The notes below the pieces were generated by a model. The model was not told where the DNA came from. It ran no database searches and saw only the letters and a list, made by a program, of their open reading frames with translations. A stretch of DNA of 64,000 nt from Balanoglossus misakiensis (Eukaryota > Animalia > Hemichordata). Location: contig CM082581.2 of the NCBI GenBank assembly GCA_040954595.2, forward strand, positions 2,658,699 through 2,722,698, given 5' to 3'. The position numbers were made by a program, and so were the translations under genes. Every line of letters begins with the position of its first letter. Within the stretch, counting starts at the first letter, position 1. Positions 12,701 to 25,900 of the stretch are shown piece by piece.

Positions 12701-14940
12701 GTGAAGTTCAAGTTTTTTTATTTAAACACTATTTCTACAAATAACTAGTGACACCATTGCACAACTCTACCTGATATTGTTGGACCACTCAGTAGAAATT
12801 TATTTTAATGATGATTGATTTATCCCTTGTCACATACAATTTCTCTGTTATTTCCCCTTTGATCGACATCGTTTAGTCTGCACAGCTTGGCTACTTTGTG
12901 CTGAGAACAGTCTGATGCCCTCCTACAGGAAATATACATAGTTTGGTTAGCTCAGATGTTTGATCTGTTTCCACATAAATCTCCACATATCTCAAATTTG
13001 TCATCATATTGGAGATGAGATGTGATTATTCAAAATTCTTCTGACAATTCTACTAAATGTCACTGTAGTTGTTTGCTAAATCTTCTTCTATATTGTGCAG
13101 GTTGCAAAAATAAATTGGTCCCATTCAGGAAATGTTCACTAACATCACATCACTGTCAGTTTTTTGATAGAAAATCATAAATAAAGTTCAGTTTAAAATT
13201 GGTGTATTGGTTATCCGTAATGTTATCTGTTTTGCAAGTTGTCAAGTTTGAGTTTGTTTGTGAATTATTTATAGTAACTTTTCTTTCTGTATCAACTGGC
13301 AGATATTTTGTCAGAATTCTTTTAGCTCGTTAAAATGCATGTATAAAACTGAATTACACATCTTGTGTGTAGAGTCGATACTGTTTCTGTTCAAATGCCA
13401 TTTACTGTTGGTTAATATTATCCACAAGGGAGTTTGCGATTATTTGTCGTTTGTGTGTTTGTTCGATCGTTCATTTTAACAAAATAACCTCATGTAACAT
13501 TTCATTTTTCTTGACATTCTCATCATGCTCCTCCTTCATTACTTACAGAATGGCGACACCCCTTTGCATTATGCAGTAAGAGGGTGTCGTGGTGAAGGCC
13601 TTGTCAGATTGTTATTGGAACACAAAGCTGATGTGACCATACCAAACAAGGTAAATACCAACATGACTTCTGCAGGTTAATTCTATCAATGCGGATATAT
13701 TTATTCATTTGTTTGTGTCTTTGTCTATTTGTTTGTTTGTTTGTTAGTTTGTTTGTTTGTTTAAGGAAATTTCACATTACATTTCAATTTTGTGACATTA
13801 TTCTCATGCTCCTCCTTCATTACTTACAGACAGGAGACACCCCTTTGCATTATGCGGCAAAGAGGGATGGTGGTGAAGGCCTTGTCAGATTGTTATTGGA
13901 ACACAAAGCTGATGTGACCATACAAAACGAGGTAAATACCAACTTGACTTCTGCAGGTTAATTCTATCAATGCGGATATATTTATTCATTTTATTGTGTA
14001 TTTGTCTATTTGTTTGTTTGTTTGTTTGGTTAAGGAAATTTCACATTACATTTCAATTTTGTGACATTATTCTCATGCTCCTCCTTCATTACTTACAGAC
14101 AGGAGACACCCCTTTGCATTATGCGGCAAGGAGGGATGGTGGTGAAGGCCTTGTCAGATTGTTATTGGAACACAAAGCTGATGTGACCATACAAAACGAG
14201 GTAAATACCAACTTGACTTCTGCAGGTTAATTCTATCAATGCGGATATATTTATTCATTTTATTGTGTATTTGTCTATTTGTTTGTTTGTTTATTTGTTT
14301 GGTTAAGGAAATTTCACATTACATTTCAATTTTGTGACATTATTCTCATGCTCCTCCTTCATTACTTACAGGATGGAGACACTCCTTTGCATTATGCAGC
14401 AAGGAGGGATGGTGGTGAAGGCCTTGTCAGATTGTTATTGGAACACAAAGCTGATGCTAACATACAAAACAAGGTAAATACCAACCTGACTTCAGCAGGT
14501 TTATTCTATCAATGCGGATATATTTATTCATTTATTTGTTTGTTTGTTTGTTTGTTTGTTTGTTTAAGGAAATTTCACATTGGATTTCACTTTTTGTGAC
14601 ATTATTCTCATGCTCCTCCTTCATTACTTACAGGATGGAGACACCCCTTTGCATTATGCAGCAAGGTTTCGTGATGAAGGACGTGTCAGATTGTTATTGG
14701 AACACAAAGCTGATGCTAACATACAAAACAAGGTAAATACCAACCTGACTTCTATAGGTTAATTCTGAAAGTATTGAAATATTTTTTTGTTTTTTTTTTG
14801 TTTAAGGAAATTTCACATTATATTTCAATTTTTGTGACATTATTCTCATGCTCCTCCTTCATTACTTACAGGATGGAGACACTCCTTTGCATTATGCAGC
14901 AAGGGATCGTGATGAAGGCCATGTCAGATTGTTATTGGAA
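9730..14940 (+). pseudogene. Ankyrin-repeat gene fragment with one repeat per phase-0 exon: 9730-9828, 10644-10742, 13549-13650, 13830-13931, 14099-14200, 14372-14473, 14634-14732, 14872-14940 (truncated)
   Basis: Each complete exon is 99 or 102 bp, flanked by AG/GT, and encodes an ankyrin consensus (G.TPLHYAA...VRLLLEHKADV). The last exon is cut at 14940. No start codon or downstream domain was found. Confidence 0.9.
13480..14940 (+). repeat. Tandem exon+intron units of about 240-280 bp (six ankyrin exons)
   Basis: Near-identical introns (GTAAATACCAACTTGACTTC ... CATGCTCCTCCTTCATTACTTACAG) with a variable (TTTG)n tract. Confidence 0.95.
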
Positions 14941-14954
14941 CTGTAAGTAATGAA

Positions 14955-16772
14955 TTGGTTCGAGACCACTTTATTTTTCTATTTCTTTTTTTTGAGAACT
15001 TTTAACGACATTTTCATTGTAATTTTTATCTTTTTCATAAGTCCAATTCATTTCAATATCTACGCTGCGTTTTTTATCTGTCGGGTATAACAAACATGCA
15101 GAGAAACTTGGCCATTTTTTGTCGCGGTTCACTTGGGCAAGTCTGAATAACGGAGTGCTCAGCAGAGAAAAAGATAAACTCGCTAAAACCCTGTCTTTCC
15201 GTCCGCATGACCAACCAAAGAGCGAAAAAAGTCCTTATTTAGGCCGTAATAAAACGTTTTATGTCGCCGAGGAGTAAATAAAGAACGGTCAGATCGTTGT
15301 TGGGGAGGGAAATCTTATTCGCAACGCTGCGGTGCAGGGAACTCGTATTTGCACCGCTGCGGCGCAAATAAGATCATTGGAGTTATGCTGCAATATAGTG
15401 CGGAAAATTTCCGACTTTTTCGAGTACACATCGTGATGGCAAAAGGTTCAGGAAAGGTTTTACCTGAGGGTGTCAACTGATGTTCGTTCGAGACCACTTT
15501 TTTTCTATTTCTATTTTTTGTGAGAACTTTTAACGACATTATAATTGTAATTTTTAACAATTTCATAAATCCAATTCATTTCAATATCTACGCTGCTTTT
15601 TTTCATCTGTCGGGTATAAGTAACATGCAGGGAAACTTGGCCAATTTTTTGTCGCGGTTCACTTGGGTAAGTCTGAATACGGAGTGCTCAGCAGAGAGAA
15701 AGATAAACTCGCTAAAACCGTGTCTTTCCGTCCGCATGACCAACCAAGAAGCGAAAAAGTCGTTACTTAGGCCGTAATAAAACGTTTTTGTCGCCGAGGA
15801 GTGAATAAAGAACGGTCAGATCATTGCGGGGCCAGGGAACTCTTATTCGCACCGCTGCGGTGCATGGAACTCTTATTTGCACCGCTGCGGTGAAAATAAG
15901 ATCATTGGAGTTATGCTGCAATATAGAGTGGAAAATTTCCGACTTTTTCGAGTACACATCGTGATGGCAAAAGGTTCAGGAAAGGTTTTACCTGAGGGTG
16001 TCAACTGATGTTCGTTCGAGACCACTTTTTTTCTATTTCTATTTTTTTGTGAGAACTTTTAACGACATTATAATTGTAATTTTTATCATTTTCATAAATC
16101 CAATTCATTTCAATATCCACGATGCGGTTTTATCTGTCTGGTATAACAAACATGCAGAGAAACTTGGCCATTTTTTGTCGCGGTTCACTTGGGCAAGTCT
16201 GAATAACGGAGTGCTCAGCAGAGAGAAAGATAAACTCGCTAAAACCCTGTCTTTCCATCCGCATGACCAACCAAGGAGCGAAAAAGTCGTTATTTAGGCC
16301 GTAATAAAACGTTTTATGTCGCCGAGGAGTAAATAAAGAACGGTCAGATCGTTGTTGGGGAGGGAAATCTTATTCGCACCGCTGCGTTGCAGGGAACTCT
16401 TTTTTGCATCGCTGTGGTGCAAATAAGATCATTGGAGTTATGCTGCAATATAGTGCGGAAAATTTCCGACTTTTTCGAGTACACATCGTGATGGCGAATG
16501 GTTCAGGAAGGCTACCCTTTTACCTGAAGGTGTCAACTGATGTTGGTTCGAGACCACTTTTTTATTTCTTTTTTTTTGTGAGAATTTTTAACGACATTAT
16601 TATTGTAATTTTTATCATTTTCATAAAGCCAATTCATTTCAATATCAACGATGCGTTTTTATCTGTCAGGTAAATAAAACATGCAGGGAAACATGGTCAT
16701 ATTTTTGTCGCGCTTCACTTGGGCAAGTCTGAATACGGAGTGCTCAGGAGAGAGAAAGATAAACTCGCTAAA
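14955..16772 (-). repeat. ~530-bp satellite, reverse complement of 95-1008, about 3.5 monomers
   Basis: AGGCCGTAAT at 15241, 15769 and 16296. Confidence 0.93.
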
Positions 16773-19661
16773 TATCAATAACAAAAGCTCTGGTTTAGAT
16801 GGCATACCGTATGAATTCCATAAACATTTCTGGGATGTCCTAAAAGATGATATGTTAGATATTTTTAATTGTATTTTTGGAAATAACTATCTCCCCGAGT
16901 CAATGAAAACTGGCCTCATTACACTCATTCCAAAAGCTGACTGTGACCTCCGCTTTATTAAAAACTGGCTTCCTATCACCCTCCTCAACTGTGATTACAA
17001 AATCCTTACTAAAACACTTGCCCTTAGACTTAGTAAAATCATGCCCTCTATAGTCAGCCCGGATCAAACTTGCTGTGTCCCAGGTCGTGACATTGTGGAC
17101 AATGTTTTCTGTATGAGAGATCTTATTCATCATGTTGATTCCAGTAACTGTCCAGGTGCCATTTGAAATTTGATCAGATGAAAGCCTTTGATCGCGTTGA
17201 TCACAATTATTTGCTTAACACACTAAGGGCGTTCAGGTTCGGTGACAACTTTGTTAAATGGATTTCCATTATGTACAACCAGATTATGAGTAATGTAAAA
17301 ATTAACGGGTTTTTGTCTGACTCGGTGTTAATTAAACAAAGTGTCAGACAAGGGTGCCCGCTGTCAGCAATGTTGTACGTGCTGTCAGCTGAGCCTCTAA
17401 ATGCCGCTATTCAGCATAACCACAACATACATGGTATTCAAATTCCTGGCAGTACTGTATCTTCCTTAGTTTATCAACATGCTGATGACACCACTCTAAC
17501 CGTTAGCGATGACCATTCTATCCGCGAAGCGTATCAGGTCTTTTGTGATTATGGTAAAGCTTCTGGATCAAAGGTTAATCTGAACAAAAGTGCTTTGATG
17601 TGGATAGGAAACAAAAGAGGGCGTACTGACTGCCCCTTACCTGTTAAGCTTCAACTGGATGGCATGGTCATTCTTGGTGTCATGTTGAATCATGACAAAT
17701 CAGTTGCTGATGATTTCAATTGGGCTCAGCGCATTCCTAAAATTTGCAGAATTCTGAAATCTTGGTCATTTCGTAAATTGTCCTTCAAAGGGAAAACCCT
17801 TATTATCAACTCCCTTGTTACGTCTACTCTGTGGTACCGGGCATCTGTTGTTTCTTTGCCTCAGCAACACATACAAATTTTGAATGAGCACATCTGTAAT
17901 TTCTTCTGGAGCAAAGGTCATCACATGGTGAAATATGATGTCATCACTTCCGACATTCAAGATGGGTGACTTAAAGTCACAAATATTCAAGACAAAGTGC
18001 ATGCACTTCGTCTCAAGTGGTTGTGTAAAATGCTGGATAAAGATTATGTTCACAAATTCAAGCTGTTTTTCACCTACAACTTAAATACAAAATGTAAGTA
18101 TCGCGATCTCAATTGTGGTGTTGACACTTTTAAAATGTTACTTTATCCTACCAACTTACGTCAGTGTTCTACATTCTACAAGGAATTGTTTCAGTCTTGG
18201 TCACATCTTTTCAAGTATTTTCGTGCACAACCAGTTTCCTACGATGAAATTATCAATGAACCCATTTTTCATAACCCATTCATTACAAGTGTTGAAGGGC
18301 GCCCCCTGGCGATTGTAAAGCTTTTCAGTTCAGCTGGCATTGTCAAAATCAGGGATTTGTTATACGAAGTCATTCCTGGGTTCCTACCTGTTGATGCAAT
18401 TGGTGACATGGTTTCATTGGCCCATCCTGACACTCCCACAAGCAATACTGTTGAGAAGCAGTACCAGATTATCCTCAATTCAATTCCTCAAAAGAGGCAT
18501 GATATTCTGCAGAGTAATTACAAAGATTATAACAAAGTGGACAAAAACTCGTCTCTCTTTATTGTTAATGCTCATGATCAACGTGTTCCTTTCCATTCTC
18601 TTAAGGTTAGACACATTACTACAATAGCTCGGCATCTGAGAAAAACAGTGCCCACGGGTGTTCAGTATTGGCTCTATCACCTGCCAAACTTTGATTTTAG
18701 TAAGGTTTGGCCAATTGTTTACACAAATTTCAAGGATAACTACCTGGGTGATCTGGATTATCTCATTTGTCACAACGCTGTTTTTAGTAATCTTCGTCTT
18801 TATAAATCAGGCAAAATCCTCAGTCCGACTTGTGACTTCTGCACATTTTTTCCCGAAGACGTGTATCATTTGTTTGTGTGCTGCCAGACAATTCAATCCT
18901 TGTGGCAACTTGTTTTTGAGTATATCAACAGTGCCTGTAATGTAAATAAATTTAAACCCAACAGATAGAATTCTAATGATGTTATTTGGTTATACTGTCA
19001 AGGATGACAAGTACGAGTACACGCTGATCAATATTTTATTGACACTTTCACGTTATACAATTCATAGTAGAAGATTAGCATACAAGCGTTGTACTCGGAA
19101 AATCGACTTGATCATGTTCTTTAACTACAAATTAAAACAGAAAATCACTTTTGAATATAACAGGTGCAAAGTAAGTGATGATGTTGCGCTATTTGAAAGC
19201 ATCTTTGCACAAAACAATGTGCTTGTAACGGTAAAAGATTTTGACTTTACCTTCAATTTTTAAACAATCGTTTTGTCTATGTTGTCACCTTCAGTTGAAC
19301 CTGGCGCCCTCTGGTGTTACATACCATCTTTTTTACTGGTAATTGTTCCTGTAATTAAATTGTATGTCACAATTCTATGACAGATTGGAGTAGGACTTAC
19401 ATAAATGGTGGAATGCTGTAATGCAATATTGTGAATTTAAAGATTGTTTATGTTGAATGACTTGACTACACATGTATTCATTTCGGTGTATGATTTTTTA
19501 TCAATATTGTAATGATTGGCATTAGTAGTGTAACGTGTTGAAGATTTATGGCATTATTTAAAATGAATCTATGACTGTAATTACAAGCTTCTTGTAATGT
19601 ACAAATTATTTTTAACAGGGCAAGCCAGTGGGCCTGTCCTTTTTAATAAAAGATAAAAAAA
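16773..19661 (+). mobile_element. 5'-truncated Tx1/L1-clade non-LTR retrotransposon (ORF2 RT, C-terminal zinc knuckle, 3' UTR, A-rich tail)
   Basis: Motifs KSSGLDGIPYEF, PITLLNCDYKIL, DQMKAFDRVDH, QGCPLS, HADD and CDFC...HLFVCC. Frameshifts at ~17163 and ~17968, a stop at 18968, and AATAAA plus a short A-run at 19645-19661. Confidence 0.92.
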
Positions 19662-20880
19662 GGAAGGCTAGCCTTTTACCCGAAGGTGTCGACTGATGTT
19701 GGTTAGAGACCACTTTATTTTTCTATTTCTTTTTTTTGTGAGAACTTTTAACGACATTATAATTGTAATTTTTATCATTTTCATAAATCCAATTCATTTC
19801 AATATCTACGCTGCTTTTTTCATCTGTCGGGTATAAGTAGAATGCAGGGAAACTTGGCCATTTTTTGTCGCGGTTCACTTGGGCAAGTCTGAATACGGAG
19901 TGCTCAGCAGAGAGAAAGATAAACTCGCTAAAACCGTGTCTTTCCGTCCGCATGACCAACCAAGGAGCCAAAAAGTCGTTATTTAGGCCGTAATAAAACG
20001 TTTTTGTCGCCGAGGAGTGAATAAAGAACGGTAAGATCGTTGTTGGAGAGGGAAATCTTATTCGCACCGCTGCGATGCAGGGAACTCTTATTTGCACCGC
20101 TGCGGTGCAGTGAAATCTTATTTGCACCGCTGCGGTGCAAAGAAAATCATTGGAGTTATGCTGCAATATAGTGCGGAAAATGTCCGACTTTTTCGAGTCC
20201 ACGTCGTGATGGGGAAAGGTTCAGGAAGGCTAGCCTTTTACCTGAAGGTGTCGACTGATGTTGGTTCGAGACCAATTTCTTTTTCTATTTCTTTTTGTGA
20301 GAACTTTTAACGACATTTTCATTGTAATTTTTAACATTTTCATAAATCCAATTCATTTCAATATCTACGCTGCGTTTTTTATCTGTCTGGTATAACAAAC
20401 ATGCAGAGAAACTTGGCCATTTTTTGTCGCGGTTCACTTGGGCAAGTCTGAATAACAGAGTGCTCAGCAGAGAGAAAGATAAACTCGCTAAAACCCTGTC
20501 TTTCCGTCCGCATGACCAACCAAGGAGCGAAAAAGTTGTTATTTAGGCCGTAATGAAATGTTTTCTGTCGCCGAGGAGTAAATAAAGAACGGTCAGATCG
20601 TTGTTGGGGAGGAAAATCTTATTCGCACCGCTGCGGTGCAAATAAGTCCATTGGAGTTATGCTGCAATATAGTGCGGAAAATTTCCGACTTTTTCGAGTA
20701 CACATCATGATGGCGAAAGGTTCAGGAAGGCTAGCCTTTTACCTGAAGGTGTCGACTGATGTTGGTTCGAGACCACTTTTTTTCTATTTCTTTTTTTTTG
20801 TGAGAACTTTTAACGACATTATAAGTGTAATTTTTATCATTTTCATAAATCCAATTCACTTCAATATCTACGCTGCTTTT
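19662..20880 (-). repeat. Continuation of the ~530-560-bp satellite
   Basis: AGGCCGTAAT at ~19985 and ~20545. The array ends in the T-run where the Helentron begins. Confidence 0.93.
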
Positions 20881-22935
20881 TTTAGCTCACATGAAAATCA
20901 CGTGAGCTTATAGTTTAGCGACGTCTGTGTGTGTGTGTGTCTGTCTGTATACCCGATATCTCAAGAACCGCTGAACCGATTTCAACCAAATTTAGTAGAC
21001 AGGTTCAGATATCATATGGCAAGAACTGAAAAGGTTTTGGTGGGTGTGGCTTGGATAGTAATGAAATTATCAAATTTTTAATTTTTCTAATGCACGGTAT
21101 CGCCACGTATGACCAGTGTAAACGATTCATCGAAGAGATTGACTGTGAGGGCGCTGTGAAATGAGACATTCCTGGCGATATTGCCGTGGTTCTGTCCATG
21201 CTCAGACGCTGTACCCGTCGTTACGAATAACTTCCCTACGTGAATCCACAAGGAAGCTAACGTTGTTTAGTTGCTTCATAGAGTGTAAATTGTTAATCTA
21301 CAGGACCATCAGACGAAGTCAGGTATGTGTTTTACTCTTTTCAAATGAAGTTTGAAACTACTTACGAGTAAGTTAATGGAGACAATATGGCGGATAATTG
21401 GCGTGCAGCCGAATCCGTGTTATGACTATGACGTGACCCATTCATCAAGACAAACCGTAAATGATTCACGCATATTGTGGTCCTCACGCAGTCAATCTCA
21501 AAATGTCACCAGGCTTTCTATTTGTCTATTGTTCAGAGAAAAATAACATGGCGGTTGATCACACTCAACAGTAAAATCCGTTTTGTGTGTTTATAGACAG
21601 TCTGTTATTGCCAATACTATATAGCGATTGCTAGATGGCCTACCCAATATGTGATCGAGCGAGAATGATAACATTGAATGTCTGTTCAGATGTCATTCCG
21701 TACGTCATACGTCATCATTTCGATTTCGATTTAATCCATTCATAAAGAATTTAGAGAAAGTCGTCTTGAATTGTGACCCTGACTATCAATTTTACGATGA
21801 TTTTTTGGCGACGGAATACACGAGACGCCATTGCATAACTACGTCAGCTGGACTTCCAAGGTTACCATTTTGTGTGTATGGAATCTTATTACAGAGACTT
21901 CGTACTTTGACAATATGCCATGCTATATCAATGACGCCCCAGAAAATTTGTCGAAAAATGAATTTGTCTTCTCATGGTGGTGCAATATATTTTAATGTTT
22001 ATTTTGAGGTTCATTTTGGTTTTTGGCTAACATGTATATCAATGTCAGCATATAGCATAAGTTGGTGTCCGTCGTCTATGTATGTCTGTATGTGTGCCTC
22101 ATACAGAATTATGTATTTTGTGAATGGATCAGTTTCGTCTAAATGTATTGATGTATGTATGTGTATGTCCATCAACATCAACAACTTGAAACTACTGATA
22201 TTTAGTGTGTACATAGAAATTGTTATTGCGAAAAATGCATACTGGTATTAACTGGAAAATTTTTCAAATAGTCAAAATTGAAAAAAATTAATAACAGCGG
22301 ATCAGATTCAGTTAAAAATTGGCGTGCATTGGTGTGCAAATACTTTGGGAAGACCTCGTATGATTTTGTTCAGGTGGAGTCAGTATCTGGTGTTTGCTAT
22401 TTTTTATGATTTTTTGGGGGAATTTTCTGCAGTTTTGTTAAAAAAATTTCTTCTCTGAAATTACATGTCCAATTGATTGGAATCTTGGTATGAAGGTTCA
22501 TAGGGCTTACCTGAATCACATTTGTGCAAACGGTGGTGAAATTTGAAACTTGTTAAAGAGGTTCTTAGGCATGAACAGAAATCAGATTTGTTGAAATCTG
22601 GTGAAATATTAATACTTTTTGGTATATTTCTTGCCATTTTTGATCAAAGAGAATTCCATAGACTTATCTTTTTATGCAGTTCAGGATGGGGTACATGACT
22701 CATATTTGTTGCAGTTATTCAAAAAAAGTTGTTATCAAATGGGAGCAATACTTTTGTCATTCGCAGTATTTTATGATAGGGTGACATTTAATTGGCATGT
22801 ACTTTCTACTGTTTTTTTAACTTTCACTTTTGCACAGCTACCACTCAAACCATACATTGTTTTTATTTATTTTACAGATTACATCTACAAGACGAAGTCG
22901 TGTGAGACTGCTCAAGACATTGATTTGGTCATTAA

Positions 22936-25900
22936 CAGGCTCACATTTGGCTGTTTAAAGGCTCATACTTGCATATTTGGCCATTGGAAGGCTCACATTT
23001 GAACATTTGGCCGTTGGAAGGCTCATATTTGCACATTTGGCCATTAGAAGGCTCATATTTGCACATTTGGCCGTTGGAAGGCTCATATTTGAACATTTGG
23101 CCGTTAGAAGGCTCATATTTGGGTGTTTGAAGGCTCATACTTGCATATTTGGCCGTTGAAAGGCTCATATTTGCACATTTGGCCGTTGAAAGGCTCATAT
23201 TTGCACATTTGGCCATTAGAAGGCTCAAATTTGCACATTTGGCCGTTGAAAGGCTCATATTTGCACATTTGGCCGTTAGAAGGCTCATGATTGGCTGTTT
23301 GAAGGCTCATACTTGCATATTTGGCCGTTGAAAGGCTCATATTTGCACATTTGGCCGTTAGAAGGCTCATATTTGAACATTTGGCCGTTAGAAGGCTCAT
23401 ATTTGGCTGTTTGAAGGCTCATACTTGCATATTTGGCCGTTGAAAGCACATATTTGTACATTTTGCCGTTAGAAGGCTCATATTTGGCTGTTTGAAGGCT
23501 CATACTTGCATATTTGGCCGTTGAAAGGCTCATATTTGCACATTTGGCCGTTGGAAGGCTCATATTTGCACATTTGGCCGTTTGAAGGCTCATATTTGCA
23601 CATTTGGCCGTTTGAAGGCTCATATTTGCACATTTGGCCGTTTGAAGGCTCATATTTGCACATTTGGCCGTTTGAAGGCTCATATTTGCACATTTGGCCG
23701 TTAGAAGGCTCATATTTGCACATTTGGCCGTTTGAAGGCTCATATTTGCACATTTGGCCTTTAGAAGGCTCATATTTGCACATTTGGCCGTTTGAAGGCT
23801 CATATTTGCACATTTGGCCGTTAGAAGGCTCATATTTGGCTGTTTGAAGGCTCATACTTGCATATTTGGCCGTTGAAAGGCTCATATTTGAACATTTGGC
23901 CGTTGGAAGGCTCATATTTGCACATTTGGCCGTTGGAAGGCTCATATTTGCCCATTTGGCCGTTGAAAGGCTCATATTTGACCATTTTGCCGTTAGAAGG
24001 CTCATATTTGGCTGTTTGAAGGCTCATACTTGCATATTTGGCCGTTGAAAGCACATATTTGTACATTTTGCCGTTAGAAGGCTCATATTTGGCTGTTTGA
24101 AAGCTCATACTTGCATATTTGGCCGTTGAAAGGCTCATACTTGCACATTTGGCCGTTGGAAGGCTCATATTTGCACATTTGGCCGTTGGAAGGCTCATAC
24201 TTGCACATTTGGCCGTTGGAAGGCTCATACTTGCATATTTGGCCGTTGGAAGGCTCATATTTGCACATTTGGCCGTTTGAAGGCTCATATTTGCACATTT
24301 GGCCGTTTGAAGGCTCATATTTGCACATTTGGCCGTTTGAAGGCTCATATTTGCACATTTGGCCGTTTGAAGGCTCAAATTTGCACATTTGGCCGTTAGA
24401 AGGCTCATATTTGCACATTTGGCCGTTTGAAGGCTCATATTTGCACATTTGGCTTTTAGAAGGCTCATATTTGCATATTTGGCCGTTTGAAGGCTCATAT
24501 TTGCACATTTGGCCGTTAGAAGGCTCATATTTGGCTGTTTGAAGGCTCATACTTGCATATTTGGCCGTTGAAAGGCTCATATTTGAACATTTGGCCGTTG
24601 GAAGGCTCATATTTGCACATTTGGCCGTTGGAAGGCTCATATTTGAACATTTGGCCGTTGAAAGGCTCATATTTGCACATTTGGCCGTTGGAAGGCTCAT
24701 ATTTGAACATTTGGCCGTTAGAAGGCTCATATTTGGCTGTTTGAAGGCTCATACTTGCATATTTGGCCGTTGAAAGGCTCATATTTGCACATTCGGCCGT
24801 TGGAAGGCCCATATTTGCACATTTGGCCGTTAGAAGGCTCATGATTGGCTGTTTGAAGGCTCATACTTGCATATTTGGCCGTTGAAAGGCTCATATTTGC
24901 ACATTTGGCCGTTAGAAGGCTCATATTTGAACATTTGGCCGTTAGAAGGCTCATATTTGGCTGTTTGAAGGCTCATACTTGCATATTTGGCCGTTGAAAG
25001 CACATATTTGTACATTTTGCCGTTAGAAGGCTCATATTTGGCTGTTTGAAGGCTCATACTTGCATATTTGGCCGTTGAAAGGCTCATATTTGCACATTTG
25101 GCCGTTGGAAGGCTCATATTTGCACATTTGGCCGTTGGAAGGCTCATATTTGCACATTTGGCCGTTGGAAGGCTCATATTTGGCTGTTTGAAGGCTCATA
25201 TTTGCACATTTGGCCGTTGGAAGGCTCATATTTGCACATTTGGCCGTTGGAAGGCTCATATTTGAACATTTGGCCGTTAGAAGGCTCATATTTGGCTGTT
25301 TGAAGGCTCATACTTGCATATTTGGCCGTTGAAAGGCTCATATTTGAACATTTGGCCGTTGGAAGGCTCATATTTGCACATTTGGCCGTTAGAAGGGTCA
25401 TATTTGGCTGTTTGAAGGCTCATACTTGCATATTTGGCCGTTGAAAGGCTCATATTTGAACATTTGGCCGTTGGAAGGCTCATATTTGCACATTTGGCCG
25501 TTGGAAGGCTCATATTTGCACATTTGGCCGTTGGAAGGCTCATATTTGCACATTTGGCCGTTAGAAGGGTCATATTTGGCTGTTTGAAGGCTCATACTTG
25601 CATATTTGGCCGTTGAAAGGCTCATATTTGCACATTCGGCCGTTGGAAGGCTCATATTTGAACATTTGGCCGTTAGAAGGCTCATATTTGGCTGTTTGAA
25701 GGCTCATACTTGCATATTTGGCCTTTGAAAGCACATATTTGTACATTTTGCCGTTAGAAGGCTCATATTTGGCTGTTTGAAGGCTCATACTTGCATATTT
25801 GGCCGTTGAAAGGCTCATATTTGCACATTTGGCCGTTGGAAGACTCATATTTGCACATTTGGCCGTTGGAAGGCTCATATTTGCACATTTGGCCGTTGGA

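Noticed and set aside
21766-23002. ORFs of 161 aa and 127 aa upstream of the 30-bp satellite as Helentron genes
   Set aside because: No recognisable domain. They may include decayed exons (an acceptor near 22877), but no consistent model could be built.
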